From: Candidatus Micrarchaeota archaeon
GTDB lineage: Archaea > Micrarchaeota > Micrarchaeia > Norongarragalinales > Norongarragalinaceae
Assembly (NCBI GenBank): GCA_037444485.1
Contig: JBBIMI010000002.1
Coordinates: 39 to 64,038 of the forward strand
Direction of reading: 5' to 3'
Length of the DNA stretch: 64,000 nt
The notes beneath the pieces were generated by a model, which saw nothing but the letters and a program-made list of their open reading frames with translations, was not told the DNA's origin and did no database searches. Shown piece by piece: positions 46,828-56,992 of this stretch. Within the stretch, counting starts at the first letter, position 1. Every line of letters begins with the position of its first letter. The position numbers and the translations under genes are program-made.

Positions 46828-47433
46828 ATGAGTGAAATAAAACTGTTCGGAGTATACGATTACGACGTTGAAGTATGCGACCCGGGCTTGAAGTCCTACA
46901 TCTCACTAAACCCGTTGGAACTACCGCACTCGTTCGCGCGCTTTGCTAACAAGCCGTTCGCCAAATCACGCGCAAACATCGTAGAACGCCTGGCGAACAA
47001 ATTAATGCGCGGCGGGACAGGCGAAAAACTAGGCGGAAAGATAATTCGCACGCACGGCAAGCTTCAAGGCAAGAAAACCAAGGTGTTGAAGGTAATCAAA
47101 CGCGCGTTCGAAATCGTTTCACGCAAAACCAAACAAAACCCGCTTCAATTGCTAGTGCGCGCCATCGAAAACACTGCGCCGCGCGAGGAAGTTACTCGCG
47201 TGCGTTTTGGAGGAATAAGCTATCAAGTTGCTGTCGACGTGAGCCCCTTGCGCCGCGTGGACCTCGCGCTGCGCAACATCGCGCTTGCAGCAATCATTGG
47301 TTCCTTTAACAAGAAAGCAAGGCTTGCGGACACGCTGGCGAACGAAATCGAACTCGCGGCAACAGGCAGCCAAGAGAGTTACGCAATCAAACGCAAGCAG
47401 GAAATAGAGCGCATGGCGAAAAGCGCGAGGTAA
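46828..47433 (+). CDS. rps7: 30S ribosomal protein S7 (uS7)
   Basis: ~200 aa. LANKLMRGG...GGISYQVAVDVSPLRRVDLALR are S7 family blocks. Conserved S12-S7-EF2 order. Confidence 0.85.
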   Translation: MSEIKLFGVYDYDVEVCDPGLKSYISLNPLELPHSFARFANKPFAKSRANIVERLANKLMRGGTGEKLGGKIIRTHGKLQGKKTKVLKVIKRAFEIVSRKTKQNPLQLLVRAIENTAPREEVTRVRFGGISYQVAVDVSPLRRVDLALRNIALAAIIGSFNKKARLADTLANEIELAATGSQESYAIKRKQEIERMAKSAR

Positions 47434-47512
47434 AACACGAGTTTTTCATTTTTCAGCTTTTCGATTTTTTGATTTTTTGATTTTTTCAAGTTTTTAATAA
47501 AGTTGGTGTGAA

Positions 47513-49699
47513 ATGGCGAGAAAAGAAGTAGTGGTCGAAGAAGTAGTAAAACTCATGAAAACGCGTGAACGCATTCGCAACATCGGAATCGTGGCGCACG
47601 TCGACCACGGCAAAACCACGCTCAGCGACTCGCTTGTCGCGCGTGCCGGATTGATTTCGAAAGAACTAGCAGGCGAACAACGCGTTCTAGATTACGACGA
47701 GCAAGAGCAAGCCCGCGGAATCACGATTAAAGCCGCGAACATCTCGCTTGGCTTCAACTACAAAAACGCGGATTACCTCATCAACTTAATAGACACTCCG
47801 GGCCACGTTGACTTCGGCGGGCACGTCACGCGCGCGATGCGCGCGGTCGACGGAGTGATTCTCGTCGTCGACAGCGTTGAAGGAGTCATGCCTCAAACAG
47901 AGACCGTGCTGCGGCAGGCGTTGAAGGAGAAGGTAAGGCCCGTGTTGTTCGTAAACAAAATCGATCGCTTGATAAACGAACTCAAACTCGACGCGAAAGG
48001 CATGCAAGACCGCTTCGTAAAAATCATTACTGGAATCAACAAGCTTATCGGGAATTACGGCCCGCCTGAATTCAAGAAGGATTGGGAAATCAAGGTCGAA
48101 AAAGGCAACGTTGCGTTCGGAACAGGATTCCACAAGTGGGCGATTAGTTTTCCCATGATGAAAGCCACTGGGATCAGTTTTCAAGACATTTACAAGTACT
48201 GCACCGAGGGAAACCACGCTGAACTCCAGAAGCGAGCGCCGGTAGACGAAGTGATTCTTGAAATGGTCATAACCCACTTGCCGTCGCCGCTTGAAGCGCA
48301 GAAGTACCGCATTCCAGTTATTTGGCACGGTGATTTGGAAAGCGCTCACGGCAAGGCTATGACTTCATGCGACGCTAGCGGCAAAGCGTGTTTCATGGTC
48401 ACCGCGATTCAAATCGACGAGCACGCTGGAGACGTCGCAGTAGGCCGCCTTTACTCCGGAACACTCAGGAAAGGCAGCGAGGTATACCTCGCCTCGCAAT
48501 ACAAGACAGAAAAACTCCAGGGAGTTGCAGTATACATGGGCCCGGACCGAGTGCTCGTCGACGAAGCAACTGCGGGCAACATTGTCGCGTTAATCGGCTT
48601 GAAGGAGGTTTACGCGGGCGAAACTATTTCCGAAGGCGTAATCGAAGCTTTCGAGAAAATCAAGCACTATAGCGAGCCGGTAGTCACTAAAAGCGTTGAG
48701 GCGAAAAACCCACGCGATTTAGTAAAACTAATCGAAGTGCTGAGAAAAATCGCGAAGGAAGACCCTACAATTAAAGTTGAAATCAATCAAGAGACAGGCG
48801 AACACTTGTTGAGCGGAATGGGAGAACTACACCTCGAAATCATCGAATACAAAATCAGGAACGAACGCAAAGTTGAAATCGAAACCAGTCCGCCAATCGT
48901 CGTTTACCACGAGACGATTCTCGCGAAAGGACCGGAACTCGAAGGAAAATCTCCAAACAAACACAACAAGTTCAAGGTCATCGTCGAACCAATCGAGGAA
49001 AGCGTCCTAACAGCATTACAGGAAGGTGAAGTAGACGAAAAAACGAAAGGCAAAGACCTCGTAGAAAAACTCTTGAAAGCGGGTTTGCCGCGAGACCAAG
49101 CGAAAAACGTAATGCGCGTTTACAACAAGAACCTGTTCATAGATGCTACGAAAGGCGTGCAATACCTTCAAGACATTAAAGAACTCCTCATAAACGGCTT
49201 CGAGCAAGCAATGGACCAAGGTCCTCTCGCGAAAGAAAAATGTGTTGGCGTCAAAGTCCTGCTCACCGACGCGAGTATTCACGTAGACCCAGCACACCGC
49301 GGGCCAAGCCAAATCATTCCAGCTGTGCGAAGACCAATTTATGCAGGAATGCTCCAATCGCGCTGCGTGCTGCTTGAACCAAAACAAAAACTTTTTATAA
49401 ACTCGCCTAACGAATACATGAGCTCCATAATCGCACTCGTTCAGGCCCGCCGCGGACAGATTCTCAACATAACGCAAGAAGGAGAAGCTGTTTCAATCAA
49501 CTCTAAAGTGCCGGTAGCCGAAATGTTCGGGTTCGCTAACGAAATCCGCGGCGCAAGCCAAGGACGAGCAGCATGGTACTACGAGTACGCGGGTTACGAA
49601 AAACTGCCTGAAAGCCTGCAAGCGCAAATCATAGCGCAAATCCGCAAGCGCAAAGGCGAGCCTGAAACGCCGCCGACAGCCAAAGACTTTCTCGATTAA
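47513..49699 (+). CDS. fusA: elongation factor 2 (aEF-2)
   Basis: G-domain GIVAHVDHGKTTLSDSL, DTPGHVDF, NKIDR. Diphthamide region DASIHVDPAHRGPSQI. 728 aa. Confidence 0.9.
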   Translation: MARKEVVVEEVVKLMKTRERIRNIGIVAHVDHGKTTLSDSLVARAGLISKELAGEQRVLDYDEQEQARGITIKAANISLGFNYKNADYLINLIDTPGHVDFGGHVTRAMRAVDGVILVVDSVEGVMPQTETVLRQALKEKVRPVLFVNKIDRLINELKLDAKGMQDRFVKIITGINKLIGNYGPPEFKKDWEIKVEKGNVAFGTGFHKWAISFPMMKATGISFQDIYKYCTEGNHAELQKRAPVDEVILEMVITHLPSPLEAQKYRIPVIWHGDLESAHGKAMTSCDASGKACFMVTAIQIDEHAGDVAVGRLYSGTLRKGSEVYLASQYKTEKLQGVAVYMGPDRVLVDEATAGNIVALIGLKEVYAGETISEGVIEAFEKIKHYSEPVVTKSVEAKNPRDLVKLIEVLRKIAKEDPTIKVEINQETGEHLLSGMGELHLEIIEYKIRNERKVEIETSPPIVVYHETILAKGPELEGKSPNKHNKFKVIVEPIEESVLTALQEGEVDEKTKGKDLVEKLLKAGLPRDQAKNVMRVYNKNLFIDATKGVQYLQDIKELLINGFEQAMDQGPLAKEKCVGVKVLLTDASIHVDPAHRGPSQIIPAVRRPIYAGMLQSRCVLLEPKQKLFINSPNEYMSSIIALVQARRGQILNITQEGEAVSINSKVPVAEMFGFANEIRGASQGRAAWYYEYAGYEKLPESLQAQIIAQIRKRKGEPETPPTAKDFLD

Positions 49700-50012
49700 A
49701 AAAGCGTTTGTTGAAACGCGTTTGCGCGCTTCAGTATTCCACGATTCAGCATTTCACGCTTTAAACTATTCAACTATTGTTTTTCTTTCACTCTCGGCTT
49801 TAGGAGAATTGTTTTCGAAACTGTTTCCGCAAGACTGTTTTAAAGAAAGTGTTTTAAAGCCATTCAACCCCAAACATCTTAAAGTCTCAACAATTTAATG
49901 CTTAATTTAACGATTATCTTAATTTAACGATTATTTAACGATTATTGGAAAAAAATTCTTGCGAAAGCCGGCGTCGGCGATAGTTTTATGACGGTAGCGT
50001 AGTGCTGAAACC

Positions 50013-50540
50013 ATGTTTTTTGAAGAAACCGAAAGAATAAAATCTAAAGAGAGGGTCAAGCATCCTGCAAGCGGGAAAAGACTTGACGATGCGGAAGAAA
50101 CGACTTTATTAAGAAAACCACGCGACTCTAACAAAAAAATTATTGAGTACGAAAGCGTTTACGCCGCCAAACCATTCCCTTCAAAAGAAAAACTTAAAGA
50201 ATTCAAAAAAAGCTTGATAAAAAAACTCAATGATTTAGGTTTAAAACACTCGGAGGATTACGGGGCAAAGGTAGTGCATTTGCTTAGCGTGTTGGAAGAA
50301 AAACACGAGGACGGACCTTTCGTGCGGGTTGCAGTCAGAACATACTTCCCGAACTACAATCTACTGAAAGAATTAAGCCCAGAAGAATGGAGTAAGGCGT
50401 TCGAAAAAAAGCTTTACGAATACCATAATAAAGCAAAGCAAGAAACAAAAGCTTTGCTTGAAGAACGCGAAAAACAAGCGAAAGAATCGCTGAAAGAATT
50501 GTTGAAAAAACTGTTGAAGAAGTACCCGAAAAAATATTAA
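50013..50540 (+). CDS. hypothetical Lys/Glu-rich protein
   Basis: 175-aa ORF, highly charged with helical K/E periodicity. No motif. Confidence 0.35.
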   Translation: MFFEETERIKSKERVKHPASGKRLDDAEETTLLRKPRDSNKKIIEYESVYAAKPFPSKEKLKEFKKSLIKKLNDLGLKHSEDYGAKVVHLLSVLEEKHEDGPFVRVAVRTYFPNYNLLKELSPEEWSKAFEKKLYEYHNKAKQETKALLEEREKQAKESLKELLKKLLKKYPKKY

Positions 50541-50778
50541 TTATTTTTTCACAATACCACTAATTCTTCACAATACCACTAATTCTTTAAATACCCCTCG
50601 ATAAAATATCCATAACAAGATTCTTATAATAAGCATTCTTGAAACACGCTTCAAAATGCTTTTTAAACGCCAGTGCTTTCTCCGCTGCTCTGCTGCTGCT
50701 TTCTCCGCTGCTCTCTCTGCTGCTTTCTCCAGCGTTTTCTCCAACATTTTTTTCACCGCGTTTTCTCCACTGTTTTGC

Positions 50779-52332
50779 TTAAGCTATTCCTTTCAGTCTG
50801 CCTGCTGCGAAACCACGGTCTAACGAGTTTATGAACGCCAGCAAACGCGGGCCTTGCTCGCGCCCGATGAACAGCAAGTAAGCGGCTTTAAAAAAGTCTT
50901 TCACTTGAACCTCGTTTTTTTCGCAAACGCGTTTTATTTCGGCGGACTGCGCGTCTTGGTCATCGTTTTTTTCGAAGAAAACCGCGAATTCGCTTAACGC
51001 TTTTTTCTGCGCTTGACTCAACGCCTTGTACCGGCTTTCAGCTTGGCGTTCGTCTAGAATCTTGAACTTTGCGTTTTCGGGCGCGAGCTTGTCTAGCCAG
51101 ACGCGAGCGAAGCGTTCGCGCGCGTTGAGTTCTTTTTGTTCTTCCCGCGTTAGTGGAGCGCCTTTGTGCGCTTCGAAGACTTTCTTTACGTTCACGCCAG
51201 GCACTTGAATGACTGCGGCTATGAACTGGAACGACGGGAGGAATAATTCTCTTGATTTTTTTGTACTCGTTTGCGATAATGCGAAAATGCGTGGAACGTC
51301 TGGATCGCGGTCGCTTTCTTTTCCGAAGAAAACGCGTGCTGCGTGGTCGTAGTCTTCAAACAAGCGCGGAATCGTTTCACCTTCTGGAGTGAAGTTGATT
51401 GCGGTCGCGGGTTTGAAGCGGGTCATTAAAAAGCGCAGCAACTGCGGCGGCAGGATTTCGCTTACTTCCCGCGCGCTTGCGCCGAGTCCCTTTGAGGAAG
51501 ACATTTTTTTTCCGCCGACTAGAAAAAATTCGTATGGCACTTCAAGCGGCGGCTCGCGTTTGAATACTTCCCGCATTACTGCGCTTGAAACATCCCGCGC
51601 GCCGCCTGCAGTAAAGTGGTCTTTGCCTGCGCCTTCAATCGTCACATTGAAACGCATCCATTGCAGGACCCACTCTAGCTTCCAAACGCATTTGCCGCCG
51701 CCGTTGAACGGCGAACGCTCGCCCTCGTGCCCGCAGCCTTCCGCCCACTCCACCATTCTAGGCTCGCACTTGTACTTGACTTTCTTGCCGTCGAAATCGA
51801 AAACGCGGGTGGTGCCTATTTTGCCGCATTCCTCGCAAATCACGTTGAAGGGAAGCCAGTCTTCTGGTTTTACTGAACCGCTAATGCGTTTGTAAATCTC
51901 TCGGATTTTCCCAGCGTTCTCCAAAACCGTTTTGATGAAGTTGTTGAGTTCGCCGCGCTTATACAACTCGCTCATTTTATAGATTTTCGGTTTTGCGCCG
52001 AGTTTCTCGAAAACCTCCCGGAATTCGTTGAAGTAGTAATCCGCGTAATTGCCGTTTCCGTCAGGCGCCGGAATCTCGCTTAAAGGCATTCCCGTGAACT
52101 GCGCGTATTTTTCTTTTGGGAGGTAGGTTGGCAGCGAATCCATTGGGTCGAAATCGTCGTTCCCGTAAATAAAAACCGCTTGGCGTCCCGCGTCTTTCAA
52201 AGCACGGTAAATCACGTCGTGAATCACGACGCCCCGCAGCGCGCCCACGTGAACGCGTCCGCTAGGCGTTTTCGAATCGTTGACTACTTGTTTCCCTGAA
52301 ACTTTTTCTGCAATCTGGTCAGCCCAAAACAT
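50779..52332 (-). CDS. lysK: lysyl-tRNA synthetase, class I (archaeal type)
   Basis: HIGH-like HVGALRG and KMSKS-like KMSSSKG with zinc-binding Cys cluster (CEECGK...C...C). Confidence 0.85.
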   Translation of the reverse strand: MFWADQIAEKVSGKQVVNDSKTPSGRVHVGALRGVVIHDVIYRALKDAGRQAVFIYGNDDFDPMDSLPTYLPKEKYAQFTGMPLSEIPAPDGNGNYADYYFNEFREVFEKLGAKPKIYKMSELYKRGELNNFIKTVLENAGKIREIYKRISGSVKPEDWLPFNVICEECGKIGTTRVFDFDGKKVKYKCEPRMVEWAEGCGHEGERSPFNGGGKCVWKLEWVLQWMRFNVTIEGAGKDHFTAGGARDVSSAVMREVFKREPPLEVPYEFFLVGGKKMSSSKGLGASAREVSEILPPQLLRFLMTRFKPATAINFTPEGETIPRLFEDYDHAARVFFGKESDRDPDVPRIFALSQTSTKKSRELFLPSFQFIAAVIQVPGVNVKKVFEAHKGAPLTREEQKELNARERFARVWLDKLAPENAKFKILDERQAESRYKALSQAQKKALSEFAVFFEKNDDQDAQSAEIKRVCEKNEVQVKDFFKAAYLLFIGREQGPRLLAFINSLDRGFAAGRLKGIA

Positions 52333-52881
52333 TCCCTCTACTCCATTGTTTTTTTAACCATAATTAAAACATTTTACTGAATAAAAGTTTGAATGAAAAT
52401 TGTTTAAAGTAATTTTTGATGTCTTCGTTGATGTCTTCGCGGTCGGTAACCTGTTTTCATGCCCTGGCCGGCCGCAAGATTAACAAAATAAATCCAGTTA
52501 TCGATTTCGATTCCGCAGTAATTTTCGCCGTGGTTTTCACCGTAATTTTTCGCTGTGTTTGGCGGATTATTCCATTGAGTGACAATAATCAACTCTTGCC
52601 GCCGCACTCGAGTGGTTTTTCACGATTTCGTTAGTTGGGCGTAGAATTCTTTGTTTTCCTTCAAGTGCCCGGCAACGATTTTTTGTGTCTTTCTACTCGG
52701 CTATCAAGGAAACCCTGCGTTTTATCTTCAACCTTTTTTTCTGCACCTCAAAAATTGCTTCCGCGTGTGGTTTGCAACTCATTCCATTATTTCGTTAATG
52801 CTTGTTTTCGGCTTTGCCGCCTGCGCTACGATGTTGAAGCACGACGATTCGCTGCGGTTCGCTGACCTTGAGTTTGTTTCA

Positions 52882-54048
52882 TTACGGCTGCACCCACTCT
52901 ATCTCGTAGTACTCGTACTTGCTGCGCGGGAGTTCGATTCGCTTGACTCTATAGTAAGTAATGCTAGTCTCGCGGTCGCAAATCGAGAGAATCAAGTCGA
53001 GTCCGAGTTCCTTCGCGCGTTCGAGCGCGCGCGCAAGTTCAGCTCCACCTATTTCTTCCTCTTCGCTTAACGCGAGCATCACGAACCTTGGCTTTCCGTT
53101 TTTTGGCGTTTCGGGCACGCCCTTCGCCCTGTGGTAAAGCAGGAAATCGAGTTCTTCTTCCTGCACTCGCTTGCTTCCTGGAATCGCTAGAATGAATGTC
53201 TTCTTCACTCCGTGAGCAACGCGAATGGCGCGCGCCCACTCGCTGATTATCATCTTGCTTTCTCTCGGAAAAACGTGAATCACGTGGCGCGAGTGCATCC
53301 ACTCACCCTCGCCGAGCGAAGGCGCTGCTCCAGGAAAATAGAGGCGGAAATGCGTGCCGAACTTGAAGCCTGTCTTGACGATGAAGCCATGCAAACGCCA
53401 GTCTTCATACACTTCGTAAAGCGCTTTGAAGTCCAGCCTGCGCTTAAGTGCTTCCTTCTCCAAACGCTTTTCTTTCACGTTACACTGCATGCCGCAGTGT
53501 TTCATCAAGAAAAGCGTTTCGTAAGCGTCGAGCTTGAGAAAACGACCGTGCTTCTTGGCTTTGTAAGTTCCGTATTGTCCAAACCAATAGTTTTCGTAAA
53601 GTCTTTGGCCCTCCCTCTCGTCGTCAATCACGCTCATTAAATCATCGAAAAAAAACAAGGCTTTCACAGCAACGCGGGGCGCGGAAAAATCTTTACTCGG
53701 GTATTTTACAACAGGACTAAGGCCGTAATTCCCATGCGCCTCACTAATCGGCCGAAGAACGAGCCCACGGTCTCGCCAGTCACGGTAGCAAAAGTAGCGA
53801 GCGAGAAACTTTTTACCGTACTCAAATTTTTCAGCGACTTGGTTGAACGAAAGCTTTTTCCCGTTTCTCTCGCACGACGCGTTCCGCACATCAATCAAGT
53901 AAAGCGCTTCCTCTGGAGTGAGAATCAATTCAGTCTTCTTGCCCGCGTGCTCGCGCCCGAAAAACCCTTTGTCTAGAGCCTGCACGCTAATCAAGTCTTT
54001 GACTAGAATTTCGTCATTCACTATCTCGAGGGAAACACCCACTCGCAA
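52882..54048 (-). CDS. endA: tRNA-splicing endonuclease, fused multi-unit form (EndA)
   Basis: Central catalytic unit with conserved Y/H/K block WRLHGFIVKTGFKFGTHFRLY...HSRHVIHV...VKKTF. Preceded by an N-terminal EndA-like pseudo-unit (LTPEEALYLIDV...YFCYRDWRDRGLVL...) and followed by a ~100-aa extra C-terminal domain. 388 aa total. Confidence 0.6.
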   Translation of the reverse strand: MRVGVSLEIVNDEILVKDLISVQALDKGFFGREHAGKKTELILTPEEALYLIDVRNASCERNGKKLSFNQVAEKFEYGKKFLARYFCYRDWRDRGLVLRPISEAHGNYGLSPVVKYPSKDFSAPRVAVKALFFFDDLMSVIDDEREGQRLYENYWFGQYGTYKAKKHGRFLKLDAYETLFLMKHCGMQCNVKEKRLEKEALKRRLDFKALYEVYEDWRLHGFIVKTGFKFGTHFRLYFPGAAPSLGEGEWMHSRHVIHVFPRESKMIISEWARAIRVAHGVKKTFILAIPGSKRVQEEELDFLLYHRAKGVPETPKNGKPRFVMLALSEEEEIGGAELARALERAKELGLDLILSICDRETSITYYRVKRIELPRSKYEYYEIEWVQP

Positions 54049-54243
54049 AACCCCTGCGTCAAAACGAAATCATTGATTTTATGAAACCAAATAAAATTTT
54101 ATAGAACAAAATAAATAAAGAACTTTCTTTTCAGCGTAACACGCTGCCAAAACGCATTGTTTAAAACCACGCCCGCATTAAAACCCTATACAATTCAAGT
54201 ATATAGACTATTCCAGTATTTGACTATTCCAGTATTTTCAACA

Positions 54244-54930
54244 GTGAAAAAAAAAGTGAAGTTATTCAAGCACGGTGAAGTGCTCGCAATCGTGATGCCG
54301 GAATCGCTGCGCGTGAAGACAGGCGCAAAGGAAGGCGACGATTACTCTTGGTTTGAAGCCGAGCCAGGAGTTTTCGTTCTCGTCGAAAAAACGCGTTTGA
54401 ATGACTTGGCGCGCCAAGGTGCTGTCGCAGCGCTCGCAAGCAAACTCGCCGGTGCGCAGACGCAAGCCCGCGAAACGCAAACCAACGAAACACAAACGCA
54501 ACGCGAAGCGCCTGTTGTAACGCGCGCGAGCGAAGTTTCGGTTGTTCCGCAAGCGAGCGCTGGAGCGCGCGCGAGAGAAGCCGGGGCAAAAAACTTGATT
54601 CAAGAATTGAATTCGAATGGTTTTCTAGTTATTTCGAGTGAGGTTGACGCGAAGGAAGCCAGCACGCGTTTAGAGAGGGAAGTCAAAGCAGGCAGGGTGT
54701 TGGGAGTAAGGGGTTTCGACAAAAAGTATTACGTGGTCACACGCGAGTTTTATGACGCGTTAAGCAGGAAACTGTCGAAAGCGCTTTCTGAAAAAAGAGA
54801 GGCTGACATTTTCAAGTTAAGTGAATCTGTTAAAGCACCTCAGGAAGCTTGCATCGCGGTTCTCTACTTGATGAAGGAGGAAGGCGAAGTTATAGAACGC
54901 AGGCGCGGCTTCTTCACTCTAGTTGAATAG
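54244..54930 (+). CDS. putative DNA-binding regulator (AbrB/SpoVT-like swapped-hairpin N-domain + C-terminal winged-helix-like domain)
   Basis: VKLFKHGEVLAIVMPESLRV resembles AbrB/MazE N-domains. GTG start at 54244. The listed ATG at 54157 adds an implausible leader. Confidence 0.35.
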   Translation: MKKKVKLFKHGEVLAIVMPESLRVKTGAKEGDDYSWFEAEPGVFVLVEKTRLNDLARQGAVAALASKLAGAQTQARETQTNETQTQREAPVVTRASEVSVVPQASAGARAREAGAKNLIQELNSNGFLVISSEVDAKEASTRLEREVKAGRVLGVRGFDKKYYVVTREFYDALSRKLSKALSEKREADIFKLSESVKAPQEACIAVLYLMKEEGEVIERRRGFFTLVE

Positions 54931-55131
54931 GCGCTCTACGAGGTAAGTCTTGGCGGTGAAGCCTAAAACATTTATGCCCTCTATTAGGCTGAAAACAATT
55001 AAGAATAGATTATTGGAAATTAGTAGATTGAAAATTAGTAGATTGCAAGTTAATAGTTAAGCTAGATTGAAAATTAATAGTTAAGTCGGAAATTAATAGT
55101 TAAACCGACAGTTTTCGGACAGGTTTTCGAA

Positions 55132-55608
55132 TTGGTTGACTACGTTTCCATCGCGTTGTCTTTAATTCAGTCTTACGGGTTAGTCGGCTTGCTCGCGTTG
55201 TCTTTCCTTTCAGCTTCGCTAGTGCCTTTCCCGCCAGAGCCATTCATAATCGCGGGCCTCGTTTTCTTCGACCCGCTGCTCGTATTCGTTGTAGTAGTGG
55301 CCGGCGCGCTTGTTTCAGCATGCGTGAATTACTACGCTGGCTTGAAGGGATTGAATTGGTTTCTCGTCCGACGCAGCAGCGAAGGCGAACTAAAAGCTGA
55401 AGAGTGGTTCAAAAAATGGGGTCCTCACGCGCTTCTCGTCTCGCCGTGGATTCCGTTTGTGGGAGACTTGTTTCCCATAGTGGCAGGCGCGTTGAGAATG
55501 AAGTTTAAAGTGTTTTTCTCGCTCGCGTTCGCCGCGCGCATGGTGAAAACCGCTGTCGTCGTGCTAGTCGGAATGGGCTTGCTGTCGTTCTTGAAGCCGC
55601 TAGCTTGA
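55132..55608 (+). CDS. DedA/VTT-domain membrane protein
   Basis: YGLVGLLALSFLSASLVPFPPEPFII is the DedA signature (G..G.F....E....P.P.E). Confidence 0.65.
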   Translation: MVDYVSIALSLIQSYGLVGLLALSFLSASLVPFPPEPFIIAGLVFFDPLLVFVVVVAGALVSACVNYYAGLKGLNWFLVRRSSEGELKAEEWFKKWGPHALLVSPWIPFVGDLFPIVAGALRMKFKVFFSLAFAARMVKTAVVVLVGMGLLSFLKPLA

Positions 55609-55853
55609 AGAAAGTGATGCAGCTTCAAAAATGGATTGTTTGCAGAATTAGTTCTATGACGATGACTGCGACCGCAAACGCGATTATTGCTTTTGGGTCG
55701 AGCAGAATGTTGCTCGCTGTGACGTCGTAAAACCTTATGAGTCCAGTGCTGCTGCTTGGAGCTCGAATTTGTTCGCTTGGCATTCCGATTTTTCACGCCT
55801 GTTATTAAAAGGTTACACAAGTTTTTTTAACTCTCATTCTTTTAAACCTTGTC

Positions 55854-56843
55854 ATGACGGACGGCATTGCTGGCTTGAAACGCGAACTCCCACACGTTCT
55901 AGTTCTCGTTATTCTAGTCATAGTAATTCTCGTGCTCTTAACGAAATTCCAGTGGATTCACTGCACGCAAGTGCCTGGAAACTGGTGTCAAATCTACTGC
56001 GATTACATCATGCAAGCGCACTCGCGAGTCGCCATAATCTCTGATTCTGCTGCAGGCGGGATTGGAGACGCGTACGCGCTTGAAACGCTGATACGCAGAA
56101 TGCGGCCTTCAACTTACGTTGAACCCTTGCCGCGCGACGCGTTGAGTATAGGCGCAATTAAGGGATACGATTTGATTGTTCTTGAACAAATGCGTAAAAT
56201 CACTTTCGGGCAAGCGCGGGCGATTGACGAGTTCGTGAAACGCGGTGGAACGCTGTTATGGATTGGGGATGCTGCTTCAGAGTATTACATTGACGAGAAT
56301 GACTTGGCAGCAGAATTGCAGCGAATCACGAAAAGCGACGAGCAAGCGGCCTTCGCTTCTAAAGATTATCCTGTCCTGAAAGACATCAAGTACTTAAACA
56401 ATTCTTGGTACGACACTTCAAAAAAACAATTCGTTTCACGCGACGAAGTGGATGCCTTGATAAGAAAATGGAAGGAATGGCATCTGCTTAACGTAGTCAA
56501 CAAGACGAAGGGCTTCGGACTCCTCGAAAAAGCGTTGGGTGCGAAATTCGTCCGAACTGAAACAACCGCAACGCCGGTTTTCTTTAAGGCGTTGTTGCCA
56601 GACAACATCCTGCTGAAAGGCTTGAAGCCTGAATTCCAGACTACTGCCACACAATTCGCGGTCGTGAGCGAAAACCCGGCGCTCGTCACGCGAATCGCTG
56701 CACTCAAAAGCGGTGGGAAAGAATACACAGGAATCTTTGAAACCCGTTACGCAGGCAAAATCGTTTACGTCGCATTCGCGCTTGAAAACGTGAATTCGAC
56801 TACTTTCTTCCAAAACTTGTTCGACTACCTCGTCACTTGTTAA
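55854..56843 (+). CDS. membrane-anchored protein with GATase1/ThuA-like domain, paralog 1
   Basis: N-terminal TM (VLVLVILVIVILVLL). Domain RVAIISDSAAGGIGDAYALETLIRRMRPSTYVEPLP...YDLIVLEQ...ARAIDEFVKRGGTLLWIGDA aligns to the 56993 and 60048 paralogs. Confidence 0.5.
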   Translation: MTDGIAGLKRELPHVLVLVILVIVILVLLTKFQWIHCTQVPGNWCQIYCDYIMQAHSRVAIISDSAAGGIGDAYALETLIRRMRPSTYVEPLPRDALSIGAIKGYDLIVLEQMRKITFGQARAIDEFVKRGGTLLWIGDAASEYYIDENDLAAELQRITKSDEQAAFASKDYPVLKDIKYLNNSWYDTSKKQFVSRDEVDALIRKWKEWHLLNVVNKTKGFGLLEKALGAKFVRTETTATPVFFKALLPDNILLKGLKPEFQTTATQFAVVSENPALVTRIAALKSGGKEYTGIFETRYAGKIVYVAFALENVNSTTFFQNLFDYLVTC

Positions 56844-56992
56844 ACGAAAACCTAACTGGTGTGGGACTTGACTATCGCTGGACTTGTTTGTAAAAAAGGT
56901 TTTTAAATAGGGTTTCACCAATAACATTAAAAACTTTGCTTGAAAAAAGTGTTTGAAAAAAGTTTGAAAAAAAGAGAAGGGTGGTGCTTTAA

